A DNA stretch of 64,000 nucleotides from Fimicolochytrium jonesii (lineage: Eukaryota), in NCBI RefSeq assembly GCF_025526975.1, contig NW_026515669.1, positions 682,001-746,000 of the forward strand, given 5' to 3'. The notes below the pieces were generated by a model that saw only the letters and a list, made by a program, of their open reading frames with translations, was not told the DNA's origin and did no database searches. A program made the translations under genes and the position numbers. Below are positions 42,301 through 54,154 of the stretch, in pieces (position 1 is the first letter of the stretch; every line of letters starts with the position of its first letter).

Positions 42301-42776
42301 TGCAGAATATTCCTCTCCTCGTCGAGGCCTGGGACAACGCCGCCGCCCGCCAACCTCGGCCGGCGACCGACTTTGAGAGAAGCACAGGGGCGCTCGCACC
42401 CAACAAAGATACCACCTCCTTGGTCACCGAACTTGCCGCCCAACTCCTCGACTACGTCTGCTCCCAACGCAACTCGCCCACTACCGGCCGCAACCTCTGG
42501 CGCCGCATGACCCGTCTCCGCCGGTATCCTTCCATCCAGCGCCCGCTCCCTGCCGACATTGTGGTTGCGTATATTCGCGGTCTGGCCCTGTGGGGCGATG
42601 ACGTGGATGAGTTTATGCACCTCGCCACCAGTTTTTTGGGCGACGAGCCGGGTGCCGTGCAGGATCTGCCTAGGGTGGTGAAGGAGGTGCGGGAGCTGGT
42701 GGATTGGAAGTTTCCGGAGATTAGGCCTGAGGTGGAGAAATTTTGGAGTGAGAGGTTCGACAAGTTGCAGGGATAG
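39333..42776 (+). CDS. Pentatricopeptide-repeat (PPR) protein, probably mitochondrial
   Basis: 1147-aa ORF with ~35-aa repeats (YTALISAC..EMKQLGVKPS; YNIILRTC; PDIHCFNVIIFAY; PDKVSYTSFL; GIEPNRATFRSVIHAY) and an Arg-rich N-terminus. Confidence 0.92.
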   Translation: MSRRLYLELAKAFRTVNFPSAAPTTPEFVKSSIPRLRRNFSTTLSTTQDNVPINPRRRQRRPYVCSDCQAAAANKTEARRVRRDPLPTLTSRRNYSQQPSSEYVAVPDSNDAFTRQDTNDLVPAHYENAGPAPSEPPPSSDLRDPNLATSVVAEADEPAYIAPEGEAPAVSEGWRQFIEICRWWETPVPENVPENATVDEGNQIIKQLPMENLSGIFEVLADHLSKGRSANKLRTVAVFLKQNGVTLEPAQLQALVLAQRVLRNWTETIEAFGELRGNVDATHHWTAPQVAVSAMVAHIRLRNSQQALKLLMDALAWGTLLDVSAFRSLLSAAISVSDNNLIAKLFDEMVQREVPLDNRCIAIFDLTLRDDKERWTKLHIVAQGRGQQNFEQDGAFQEATVVTASRLGHLDLAFEHLQNLKSITAHRDAELVAAYTALISACLRQDTAGSTPAGTAEDLYQEMKQLGVKPSVRTMTVLMHGFYQRKALHKVLKYFEEMIELELEPDMSVYNIILRTCVLAGNIRKMEAFYAKLCETKFTPTLPVLTSLMAGYACHHMPESAVAIFEKQLPKLGLKPDIHCFNVIIFAYGLRGDVTNCITWWNRMLGGGYTPDKVSYTSFLRALSRSGNSDVEGLYQRVFPSEVDPDSTAYGLLISDRIRKGELTAAHQFLEELLSSGMKVTGASAAELMKAYEHRGEAYNAGQVLKSFVERGGIMDANMYSAMMIMMNPRERPDEVLKTWDEMKENGIEPNRATFRSVIHAYAAKSDVPAIWATFGDMQLRLVSVHRRDWDLVLCRLLDICYKDSAAFPYLVNAYQLMTDEGEFPSDLVYRRFLIAAVREKDNSICLRLIRDCIDFGFGLKSQPQTRKLAYAFAVDTKDRELLMDLIDVTIGLGKIEEATPAVNLFLRDRDAAGLVHCWYKLDQGHVAQPETSTRLVQHYKQAASDAMTVWDGGVAATGNEALWGAYFTVCAAHGFRDEALHAFKVLQDLQNIPLLVEAWDNAAARQPRPATDFERSTGALAPNKDTTSLVTELAAQLLDYVCSQRNSPTTGRNLWRRMTRLRRYPSIQRPLPADIVVAYIRGLALWGDDVDEFMHLATSFLGDEPGAVQDLPRVVKEVRELVDWKFPEIRPEVEKFWSERFDKLQG

Positions 42777-43138
42777 ATTCTCGTGTTTCTCTGTGCTTTT
42801 GTACTTGATGGTAATGGCTTGTCCAAGCACCTGCACATAATCTAATGATAAGAGCCGCCCAATTATGGAAAGGAAAGTGGAAAGCATTCTATTCGTTCTG
42901 AGAAGCCCGGCTATTGTGGCAGCATATGATACAAAGTTGGGGTGAAATGCTTGACGACCCCCAGCCAACAGATGTAGGAAGCTAAGCGAGGCGCCTACAT
43001 CATTTCGTAACGGATATTTCATATACAGATAAACGGGGTATCATATGCATGCTTTCATTTTATGTTCAGTCTCAAGATTCGGCCCTACGGTGCATATAGA
43101 TGCTGCGGTGGTGGAAAAGAGTATGGGCGTCCAGCCTT

Positions 43139-45002
43139 CTAATCGTGCCCGCCGTCGTTCTCACCCGCGGCCTCTGAAGTCTGGCCCTGATGGCCGTTTC
43201 CATCATCGCGCGCTACCTCCCCATGCTCCTGAGGCTGCGGTTGCAGATGTTGCTGGTGCGGGTGGGGCAAGGCCATACCCAGACCGGGGTGCTGTTGATG
43301 CTGGTATGGAAAAGACGGATAGGGCGCATAAAAGTAAGGATTGGCAAGCGGTGGCAGAGTGTTGTTTGCGTGCTCAGACCCTGCAGGCGTGTTGAGCGAA
43401 TGGTGCGTGCTGAGGACCTGTTGGTAAAGGTGGTATCCCGCAGCCAGCATCGCCGGCGACGGAAGGATCTGCGCTGCTGGGATGCCATTCTCGGGTCTCG
43501 CGCCGTCGTCTTGTGTCGGTGCGGATTGGGTATGCGTATCTTCCTGGCCTGATGAGCCGGGTGCCTGCTGTTCCGAAGGCTGTAACATCGCCCCGACCAT
43601 CATGCCATGGGCCGCGCGAAAATCAATGGGTATATGCGGCGGGAACTCCTGATGCTCGGGCGGCGGAATGGGTATTTGCTCTGGAGCGGGCACAGCCCCG
43701 GCATGCCCACCGGCGCCGGTGCGGCTGTGCATCTCCTTGTAGTGGCCTGGTGAGCGTCCTCTCACCACTAAGGGCGCGCTCTCGCTCGTTGCGATCCTGT
43801 TTCGTTCGCCGCCCTCATGTTCTGCAAACAACTCTGCGACGAGTACATGGTACTGCTGAGCAGATCGTCGCTTGCCATTGTTGGTCGTCGCCGCTTTGAA
43901 CTGCAATCTGTCGAACGTGACCGTGTGAAACATGTCGACGTTGGCGCGACCGTAAGCGGACGGATTGTCTTGGGGTTGGCAATACTTTGGTTCAGGGACG
44001 AGTTGCGGACCATGAGCGCGTTTCGCTGTGAGTTGAACCAACTCGATTGGCCTTTGGCCGTTAGATGTGCGCGCGCTTATGCCGAGTAAGAATCCGGTGA
44101 CGACCTGGAGTTTGTTCTCGACTGAAACCAGACAGGGCATCTCGAGACGGGCGCCAAAGAGATCCATGGCGGAGAAACCGATGCTAAGTTGGAAGTAGTT
44201 CCTACGGTAGCAGGTCCAGTCGCCGTCGGCCAGGAAAAAGCCACTTTCGATCCGGGGATGGATTCGTATGGCATACCTATGAATGACGTCGGTTAGACAT
44301 GAGGTTCTTGCGATTGCCAGCTGAGTGCGACTTCAAACGACACGCACATCCTAGTTCGATCCATACTGTAAACAGGGCATATCGAGGCTGTCAGACGCCA
44401 ATATGGCGTCGCTTCGGCCCATCGCTGTACCTCAACTGCTCCCGTATCCTGCTGCGCTGTCGAGGATCTAGACAGTCAAAGAGAAAGGTTATTACAGGTG
44501 CGCTGGATGTAAAATCAACGCATATCGAACCATACCCAGGAGACAGAATAGGGTTCACGGCAGGCAAACTTCCCCAAACGGCGCCAAAAGAAGGGAGAAC
44601 GGTGTCCGCCGCCGCATTGTGCTCGTGCGGCTCATCTTGGGCGTCTTGTTGTGCTGCTTCTTGGGCTTCTACTCTTGCTTGTGCTGCTTGGGTTGGGTGG
44701 ATAGTAGGTGAACCCGGCTCGTCGTCGTGGGTGTTATGGTTGCTGTCGTGCTGCGAGTGTTCCTGCGGTTCTGCGAAAGCCCCGTTCGCCACGTCGTTTG
44801 TCACGGTCGCGCCGTGCTGTGCGAGTGATGAATCATGCGCCTGCTGCTCTTCCTCTTCTTGTCCGGGCGTTCTTCCCACGCCTGCTTTAACTTCCGTTGC
44901 TTCACTCTGAGCATGCTCGTTCCAAGTAGGATCTCGCCCATTTGTCGTTCCCACCGGCTGCGTGGCCCTTTCCTGAGCAGCCGCGAGGTGGTGATCTTGC
45001 AT
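43139..45002 (-). CDS. NDT80/PhoG-like DNA-binding transcription factor (spliced)
   Basis: IDPRIESGFFLADGDWTCYRRNYFQL, IELVQLTAKR..GPQ, VTFDRLQFKAATTNNGKRRSAQQY, LVVRGRSPGHY. Confidence 0.9.
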
Positions 45003-45303
45003 GTGTCGTCCGACAGTGTGGACACCGTGGATATGTTTGTCCCTTCTGGCCGGCCCCCCTTGTGCTGATAGGGTGGGTGCTTGATGATAGTGGGGGGTGC
45101 GTGAGAACCTCTGCGTGTGTTTGTCCCTCGTCGTGCGACGCTGTGTTCTGTTCTCCAACAAGCGATACTCAGGACGGGGGCTGGCTGCTTGGGAACAACC
45201 GTCTTTTATGATTACGTAAGGCAAATTACCCAATTCTGGAATACACCCCAGTCTTGCCGAATCCCTCCAGTTTCCAGAACGCACTAACTACGTAACTACA
45301 AGC

Positions 45304-46288
45304 ATGGCAAAAGGACGGAAAAGAACAGCTCCCTCCAAGGGACCCGCAACGGGGTCCGCCCCAGCAAAGGACTTGGACCCGAAAAAGGCGAAGGACAAGG
45401 GCGTTCAGAGCGAAATGCCCAAGAAGTACCGTCTCTTACTCGCCGTCCAGCAGCATAAGGAGAACAAGATGAAGAGCAGGAAGGAGGCTGGGAAGGGGAA
45501 GGATGGGAAAACTGGGGCTTCAAAGGTATGTTGGCTCTCCAGCCTCTTCTGTAGAATTCCTCAATAACGGGTATTTTCAAAAAAAAATACAGTTCGCAGA
45601 ACGAAAAGTCGGCGAATCCCTCGCAGCCTACAACCGCCGCATAGACGACAGCGTCCGGTCCTCCGTCAACGCCGCCATCCAATCCACTTCCAAAACCCGC
45701 GCCAAAAAGAAGGCATGGCTGTCCACCCGCAAATCGGGCACCAAATCGGGCGGCGAAGGCGGCAAGAAGGGCGATGAAGACTCGGAGGATGAGCGGGAAC
45801 GGATGAAGAGTGTGGATCATGTCAAGTTTGGGACCCAAGTTATGCAGCCGCCGAGTATCACGGCTGTGCCGAAGAAGAGGGGTGGAAATGTATGTTCGCT
45901 GGGATTCCGCTCGCTGGTGGTGCGATTCTTGGGAACTGACGCTCATTCCCTCGTTTTCCCACGACAGGCCGCAGCAATAGAAGCCCTCCGTAAACTAGAA
46001 GCCTCCAAAGCCGAAGTTGCCTCAGATGCCGCCGACTCCGACCCCGAACCAGCCCCAAAACAAAAGAGCCAACCGACCACCACCTCCGACGACCCCACAA
46101 CAACAACAACCGTCGGCCGCAAACGCAAACTGAAAACACTACCCGAAGTCGAACGTATCGCCATCACCGACGCCCGGGCGAGGGTTATTGACCATTACCG
46201 CGCGATGATGGCGAAGAAGAAGTTGGAGGGTGGGGGCGGGCGGGAGAGGGAGGCGGGGAGCGATGGGGAAGGGATGGACGAGGATTGA
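45304..46288 (+). CDS. CCDC137-like lysine-rich protein (3 exons)
   Basis: EMPKKYRLL, RKVGESLAAYNRRID, DHVKFGTQVMQPPSI, RARVIDHYRAM. Confidence 0.65.
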
Positions 46289-46740
46289 GGGGAGTGTGAT
46301 GGGGAAGTGAAGGAGCGCCGCGGGTTCATCGGCAATAAAGCCCGTGACTAAGACCAGTGGCGCTACCGGAACGGGGACGGAGACGGGAACTCACGACACA
46401 TGGCCGGCTGAGATTGGGCGAATCAGGAAGACTTCACCGTCAGGAGCATTTTCATCATTTCGAGCGCCGAGAGATCGAATACACTTGGAAGGGCAATCAT
46501 CAACGTTGCTTAGCCCACTCTATGTAGATATATACACATCAGAAGAGGTAGTGAAGTATGGCTAGTCGCGGGCGGCCGGGGGCACCTCGGAGGCACATTT
46601 GCGGCATCGCTATACAAGAGCGAAAGAGGTTCTCCGGTCGTCCCATTGAGTAGGAAACTCGCAGCGCAAGCATTTTTATGACGTGCGTGCGATATATCCC
46701 TTCGTTCCTCCTCTGATCGGTGAGAGTGATATAACTTAAT

Positions 46741-48136
46741 TTACATAAGAAACTTTGCTTTTTGGTTTTTCCTCTTGAACCGCTCCTCCACCGTCGCATG
46801 CCGTAAACTGCCGTCCTTGTCTCGGAATACCACCTGTGCTTTCTGTTGGGGTCGAGGGAAGACTCATATCAGCGAATGTTTCTCGTCCCACAAACCGAAG
46901 TCAACAAACCTCAACATTGCTGGTATCGACAATCATATATTGGAACTTGCTCTTGAGGTTCTCGTCTTTGCTGATGATTTCTGGCTTTTTGCCCTTGCGT
47001 GGCTCAAGTTCGAAAACGTGGTCTGCCGCCTCGTCTAGTTTGCGTTGCAGGTTGGCGTATGGCTCTAATTGCATCAGTGCTGCCGCGTCCTACGTGAAAT
47101 GCAAGGGACTGTATGTCAGACACCACATCCACCCTCCTCCCATGTTGAAGCGATCTGGAGCATAGTTCTTCCCCATACCTCAGGCAAGAAAGCCTCTTCC
47201 TCATCCATCATCCGGAAGAACGGCTGCAACCGCTTCGCCGGCGTCGCCCTCAACCGTTCCCTCGGCTTCTTCTGCCCATCCGCCGCACTCAACGTCTCCG
47301 CACCAAGCATCGCCTCCATGCCCCTCGTCAACCCCGTCTGCAGCGGTACTTTATCCTTCTCCATCTGCTGCTGTAGCGCTTTGAGACGGAGGATGGCTTG
47401 TACCCGAACAATGGAGAGACCGAACTTTTCAGCGAGGGCGCGCGGTGTCCAGGCGGATGGGTCGGAGAGGTATTTGGAGAAGATGTCGGTTCGGGTGGCG
47501 TCGCTGAGGGGGGATTTGGGCTTGAAGAAGGGGTTCATCGGGAAGGGCTGGAGAATGTAACCAATAAATCAATAAACCAACAATAAAATCAGCCCTCAAG
47601 CGTCAATCGTCAACCAACAACCCATCAACCCATCCAACCTTCATCCATCAACCATCAAGCCCGGGCCATCAGGAAAAAACAACAAGAACGACCGTTGGCT
47701 GGCGCTGACCGAAATGGGCCACGGGCGGACCCACGTCACGCTGCCGCTCACATAAAGGCGCCAGGTGCGGCCCCCCGCTTGAAAAGAACGACCGCTCGCT
47801 GCCGCTCACAGACATCGCGCCTGCGGCGCCGCTCCCTTCTCTCGCAAGGCGTTCACCTCCCCATCGCTCTCCCGAACGTACCGTCTTCTTGTTCCTACTA
47901 ACAAAGTGGGCCGCCGCTGCGTCCCTGTACTCCTTCCCCTCCTCCTTCAACCACGCATCTGCCCTCTTCTTTGCAATCTGCTTCGGTGTTGGTGGGGTGT
48001 CCGCTTCAGCAGGTGTCCCAGGGGCTGCCTCTGCATGGCATGCCGCCGTTGACCGGAATCCTCGGTGGTTGGGGAAGAGGGTTCGTTTTGCTGCTGCTGT
48101 TGCAGCTGTTGCGAGGCTGCAGGTTGGCCGAAGCAT
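46741..48136 (-). CDS. MRPS35: Mitochondrial small-subunit ribosomal protein mS45 (Mrps35/Bot1 family, spliced)
   Basis: Mitochondrial-type presequence MLRPTCSL..; PFPMNPFFKPKSPLSDATRTDI..RALAEKFGLSIVRVQAILRLK; C-terminal FRDKDGSLRHAT. Confidence 0.8.
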
Positions 48137-48752
48137 TGTTGTGCTGGGTGGGAGTCTCGGTTGTTGAGTGGGTCGTTTGGTGAGCTTCTTCCGATGTCGA
48201 GATCGCTTGTGCAAACACATGGAAGTCTTGCCGGTGAGTCCGCCGTCTCGAAGGAGCGTTGCGTCACGTGACTTGCTCGAAGTTGACCAGAGAACGAACG
48301 CGGGGAACCGAGAGACGAGACTGTGGGCGAGACTCGCGAGTTGAGTCACCCACGTCACTTCCATGTCGCATCACAGGCTGTTCCCTAACTTCCCTTCCAA
48401 AGACGGGCGTTTTGCCCAACAAGCGCCCGGTCCACCCATTTTGGACGCTCCTTGGACCCATTCGTGCGCCGTGATCTCTTCCAAGTATACCGTCTCTTTC
48501 TCGCCCGAAACCAACCTATCACTTTGGACCTCATTCCAGGCCTCTTATTATTATACATAAACCCCCACTCACCTTCTCGATCGATATCCGTCCAGAGAGT
48601 GCAAGAGGTAAGCAGAAGTGGGTCCTCAAAAGGGGTGTATTCCCACGCAATTCCCACGACGGTGCCTGGCAAAAGAACACTGGTACCGACCGAGCTTCCT
48701 TGCTCATCTCTCCAACCTTGCTCCTCCACCCTCCAGTGTACCTACCCGCACC

Positions 48753-50852
48753 ATGACCGAAACGTATGCCTGTCCTTGCCTGAACGTTAAGGTCACCATT
48801 GCTCGGTCGCCCGACCAGCCACCGGTCAACATTAGCGAAATCGTTTCCGTCGAGCACTTTCCTGTCACAAGTGGAATAAAAGCACAGCTGGGTCTGGGCG
48901 GTATCCGTGTGGTATGAGTGAATCAGTCTGCTAACGATCCGCCCATCCCGTCGAAAATTATCTAAAATCGCAGTACGTCCTTAGGCACATCCGTTACTCG
49001 TAAAACATACACTGCTCGAAAATGCGTGGTTGGAAGTACGATGCATGAACTGCTCGTGTGCTGCTTATTTCATCAGAGTCGATCCCGCTTCACATCACAC
49101 TCTCTCGGATCTGGCAGCCCATAGTAGTCCCGACGGGTCGGTGATTTTGGGACACGATACTATTGTAAGTTGAGTGAGCGGATGAGGCCGAGCGATAGCG
49201 AGGAGAATGCGGACTGCGGCGAGCGGCGAGCGTTAGCGAAGCGCGAGCAGAGCGCGCCTCACCGCATTTCTTAGCGAGCCTTAGCGAGCGTCCAATCTTT
49301 GGCGAGCGAAGCGAGCCCCAAATTGCCCCACAGGCGCAATCCCCTCACCCACGTGTTTGTTGATGGGTGGTTGATGGTGCTGGTTGATATGTGATGAGTT
49401 GATTGATGTTGTTGATGGTTGTTCATCGTTAATGTCGCACGTACTCATCGCATCCATTCGCTTACTAGCATGGGGAAGGGATTCAAGAGGCAAAGGAGAA
49501 AGCGACGTACAGCGAATCCTGTCAGATTGTACTGACGACGAATCATGTAAAGGCCGAGCATTCACGTGAGTAGGAGACGTGGGAAAGTGCGTCAGCGAAG
49601 GGCTGGAGTCTAACCGAATCCTTTTCTCTAGCCGAGGAGTATGGCCTGTCAGATGCGTACAACACCCTGCAAGCCAGCATGAAGCGACACATGGAATCCC
49701 AACGGATAAAAATGGAAGAACGCATAGCTGCATACCGAAAAGAACAGCAGGCGCAACTAGACCGTGAGCATGAACGTGTGCGGCACGAAACCGAAATTCT
49801 TTGGGCACAGATTTGCGACTTGCACAAGGAGCGATTGCATAGACATTCGATGAGCTTGGTGGGAGGTTCTGGGCGAGGGGAGGGCAACGGAAGGGCGATG
49901 AGTCCGAATGGGCTGTTTATACCCGATAGCCAACCGATAACTGTTGGCTCGTTTTATCAGAGATCTGATATCACTTTACCGCCGCCGCCGATGTCTTCTT
50001 CCGTAGGGGGCCGACGGAGGAGCGGGATGGGAGGTGGATTGGGAATCGGACAGGCAGACCGTCGCAAATCCTCACCGGCTGTCACGCCATCTGGCACATC
50101 TCCGTCTCAAAACAAGACGCAGACGATGGATATACCACCTGAGGATGATGCTACTTCGGCGGGTGAAGGGGAAGCAGATGGGACACATGCGCGAAAGGTC
50201 CGATTTGGTCAGGTGTCGCTGACGGAGATCAACACGAACGGCATTGACAATGGCGATGAGATGGACGAGGATGAGTCGAGCTTGGCGTCCCCAGACGGCG
50301 ATGGTACGTTGTACCGCCCACAAACGTTTTGTGTCTGAATGACTCGGCGAGTCCTGACATCATCCCTGCCTCCTCCCCACAGCCATCTTCGACCTAGACG
50401 GCTTCGAAGAACCCGCCAAACCCCGCTACGCCGATGCCATCATGTCCGAAGCCGACGACGACGACGACACCGACGTACTCCCAGACTCACCCACCCAAGC
50501 CCCCGAACCCTCCCCGCGCCCGCTATTCTCCTCCTCCCTCCCCATCCGGATCCCCTCCATGGGCGGCCGCAGCAGCAGCGGCGGCTTCAAACCCCCAGCC
50601 GCCATCGCCGAAGAACAATCGGAAATGGTAACAGAGACCAGTGAAGCGCAAGCGAGCGCGGTGGACTGGACGACCGACCCTATTGAGCGGCAGCAGCGGC
50701 AGATGTTGTTGCAGATGGGTGTTGACCCGGATGCGGAGGTAGATGAGGAGTCGTTTGTCGCGCCTCATATATTCACCGCGCGCACTTTCACGGAGGACTA
50801 TTTGCTCGCGCAGCGGCCGCAGAAGAGTCGGAAGACCTCGTTTGCTATCTGA
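48753..50852 (+). CDS. Hypothetical protein (N-terminal CxC..CxxC, coiled coil, low-complexity C-terminus; about 5 exons)
   Basis: MTETYACPCLNV.., VRCMNC, KMEERIAAYRKEQQAQL, IFDLDGF, FSSSLPIRIP, FVAPHI; clear GT-AG introns. Confidence 0.65.
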
Positions 50853-51388
50853 ACGCTGCGTTCAAGCCGCCACTTGCACGTCCCTACGAGCCACCCACGG
50901 TGCCGGACGATACGGCGATCGCTTGTTTCCTTCTTTTGGGTGCTCCCTTGATTTTGTCAATCCTACGCTTTCGCCTTCAAGTGCCTCATCAGCTTGTACC
51001 CCGCCATTATGTATATCCAAACCTCGAGAAAGTTTTGAAACCACTGTATATACGCAGAGTGGTAGACACGTTTCCCAAGTTCGTGAAAGCGGGAATGTAA
51101 AAGGTTCAATTAATCTATTCTGCTTCCCCATCCTTCCGATTTTGTGCCGTTTCTTTGTTCCCCATCGTGTTTGCTACCTCTAGTTTAGTTTCCCATCAGC
51201 CTTTAATGTCTCAAATCTCCACCGTAGTATGAGAGAATACCCAATGGAAGCCATATATCGCAAAATAATCCATTCAAAACGTGTATATAATACAAAAGGG
51301 TGTGAAGAGAAAGTGTCTATATCAAATCGGATAGTATCGGATGGAACGGCAAATACCGAATCAATGCGCATGCCCGCCAAACCACTCA

Positions 51389-52131
51389 TTAAGCCTCCAA
51401 CGCCCCAAAGCACACAACCATGCCTCCAAAGAACGCGCTAGTCGCAATCGTTTTCCCCGAATACCTGTTCACCGTCGGCTGCAGCTCATGAATCAATATG
51501 CATGCCATGATCCCGCCCACACCCGCCAAACACCTACTCAGCAGCTGCGGCAACAAGTAACCATGCAACAACCAACCCCCCGCCACAACCCCCAACGGTT
51601 CCGCCAGCCCGTTGAGCAGCGTCCACCACAGCACGGAGGTGGTGTTGCCTGTTGCGGCGTAGAGGGGCACGGCAACGGTCATGCCTTCCGGGGTGTTGTG
51701 AATGAGGATTGCAACTGTGAGTTGAGTGCCAAGACGGAGGTCAGAGAGGGCCGCGAGGTAGACGCTGAGGCCTTCGGGGAGGTTGTGCATGGCGAACGCG
51801 ACGAAGGTGATGAGGGAGGAACGGAGGAGGTCGCGGCGCTCTTTTGCTGATAGAGCTGGTTCTGTCGGTGTTGTTGTTAAAGAATCGGCTTTCTTGCCCT
51901 TGCTGTTGACGTTGTTCTTCCCACCTTTCTTCCCTGTCGGCGAATCCTTTGCCATCTTCTCATGCTCATGATCATGCCCATCCTCCTCATCATGGTCATG
52001 CGCCGGCATGATAACCTCCTCTAGCACCCCAAACACCGCGACCCCCGCAAAAAACGAGAACATCGCCTCCCGACTCCCAATACTCTCCACCGCCTCAGGT
52101 ATCAGATCAAACAGGTGATATACATCATCAC
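51389..52131 (-). pseudogene. ZIP-family (ZupT/ZIP11-like) metal transporter, frameshifted and apparently 5'-truncated
   Basis: His-rich loop, HNLPEG, HNTPEG, LAEPLG, GIMACILIHEL. VMMYIT/LFDLIPEA is split by a -1 frameshift at ~52114, and no TM1-2 was recognised upstream. Confidence 0.8.
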
Positions 52132-52687
52132 AGAACCGGAGTGCGGGAAGCTTTGTCGTCTCATGCAGAGCAGCCCTGCCACCATGAGTGGTGGCAGTAC
52201 GCTGCGGTGGCTTGGGGGCAGACGTTGAAGCTTTCAATATTACCAGGTATCGTTGCCAATAGCTGGTATTGTCTATTCTGCCTTCTGAAAGAATCCTAAC
52301 CTCCTCACCGGGTGCGGGCTTCGCCCGCTCCCTTTTTCTTCCCTTCGGGCCGGTCCCAAGCCACACGACCGAATATCCGAATATCCAGGATTGCAGCCGC
52401 TCCATCGTAACCGCCCTGGCATGTGGCCGCCGTCAATAGCGCAGCGGAACACCCCCATCGATGGGTATCGGGATAGTCGTTTCGTGGGTGAATAGCCGGG
52501 GCCTCGGAGTGGTGGGGCGGCGCATCCGACGCCCGCAGGGCGAAAGGAGCATCTCCAATCGACTAAAAAACGAGGGGTAACCGCTTTCCCCTTAGCCCCG
52601 CATCGCTTCCGACCCGCCCTCCACAGCACCTTCATCCACGCCCCCTTCTCCCTCTTCCTCCCCCTTCTTCTCTCCTTTTCCTCCACC

Positions 52688-53263
52688 ATGGTCCGCGCCA
52701 CTCCCGCCAAGAGGGCCCGCTTTCAACGGTTCAGGTCTCCCTCGGTCACCAACGTCGACACGGAGTCAGAGGGCTCAGCCTTCGTTCCTGAGGGGTCTCC
52801 CGAGCCGGCTACCGGCTCGCCGCGCCACTCGATCCACCGTCGTTGTTGTTCCACCCGTTGCCCATTCGACCACCGCTGCCCGCCACCCCCGCCACCCCCG
52901 CTGCCCCTGCTGCCACGTCGGCCGCCAAGGGTCGGGGCGGTACCATCACGGTGACGGTACCCGCGCCTCCCCCTGCAGCCTCCTCGTCGGCATCGTCCCC
53001 GACCAGCACCTCGCAGGGCAAGCGCCGAAGATTGGTGAGGACGCTCGGTTTACTCGACTTCGGACCGGAACGGGGCTGACCATGGTTTCGTATGCAGCCT
53101 TCGGATGATGACGAGGACGGGGGACTCATCTTCCGCCTCCAGCGCCTCGGGGATTGTCCCCGCCGCCTGCTGGGCGTGCCGTGTCCTTAGGCCCGGACAC
53201 ATGTTCCTTTCCAGTTGCCTCCACCAGATGTGCCGGGATTGCGTGTTTGAGGCTGCGGAGGAG
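52688..53263 (+). pseudogene. Low-complexity protein with RING-HC-like finger, frameshifted
   Basis: MVRATPAKR.. Pro/Ser/Ala-rich exon, intron 53035-53097, then CWACRVLRPGHMFLSSCLHQMCRDC followed by a GTAAGT donor; at least two frameshifts. Confidence 0.5.
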
Positions 53264-54154
53264 GTAAGTCCGGTGGTGTTTTGACTCTACGTGCCTAATC
53301 GACGATAATTCCCAGCCCTAGTGCCGCCACATCCAATGCACCCGGGGGCGTAGCGCTTCCCATGTCGCTTATCCCTCGCAGGAATGTTGACCCTCGCAGT
53401 TCCTTTCCTAGGTTGGCTGTCCAGCGCTGTAGCCCTGTCATATTGAAAGGTTCCGTCTAACCGTCCGTTGTGGTGGACATGGATGCAGAACAAGTCGACA
53501 CGGCCTCAAACGGGGCAGATCGGACCTCAAGCCGAGAACCGAGACGTGGATTTACCGGGTTCCAAAAACTCTGATCAGGAGCACGTGTCCCGTTAATAGT
53601 TTAATACTGTGCTGTCAAATTCGCATCTTCCATCGCTCTTCCATCGCTCTCGTCAAGGCAGTGCGAGTGAGTCCTGCTATGGAGCAAATCTCAAGTAGCT
53701 TGTTTGAGCTGTGGTGCATAAATGCACGAATGCGGCTTGGTTTGGAGCGCGGTTTCGAAAGGGATGTGGGGAACAGGAAAGAGTAGAGAGTGGAACGTGG
53801 ATGCAATCGGCCCCGTTTGAAGATGCGTTCCTGGTAGCTGCCACCTCTCAACTCATTCTTGCAGCTGAGGGGGGGGGAAATGCGGACGGGGGCTGGAAGC
53901 GGGCGGAGAGAAAGATCCGCTCGTGTATTTTCAAAGTCAGGGGCGCCGTCGATCTTTTGACTGTCAGTTGCTTCCCCCGTTGGATGGCCCCTCGCCCGCT
54001 TCGAATCCAGTCCCCGCGATACAATTCACACACAGATGAAATGCAGCCCCTCTCAGAAGCCAGAGCACAAATACTCGCCACGAAATCATCCATCCGATAC
54101 GCCAATCCATCTATCCATAGAATCCATCTATCCATTACAATACACACATCCACC

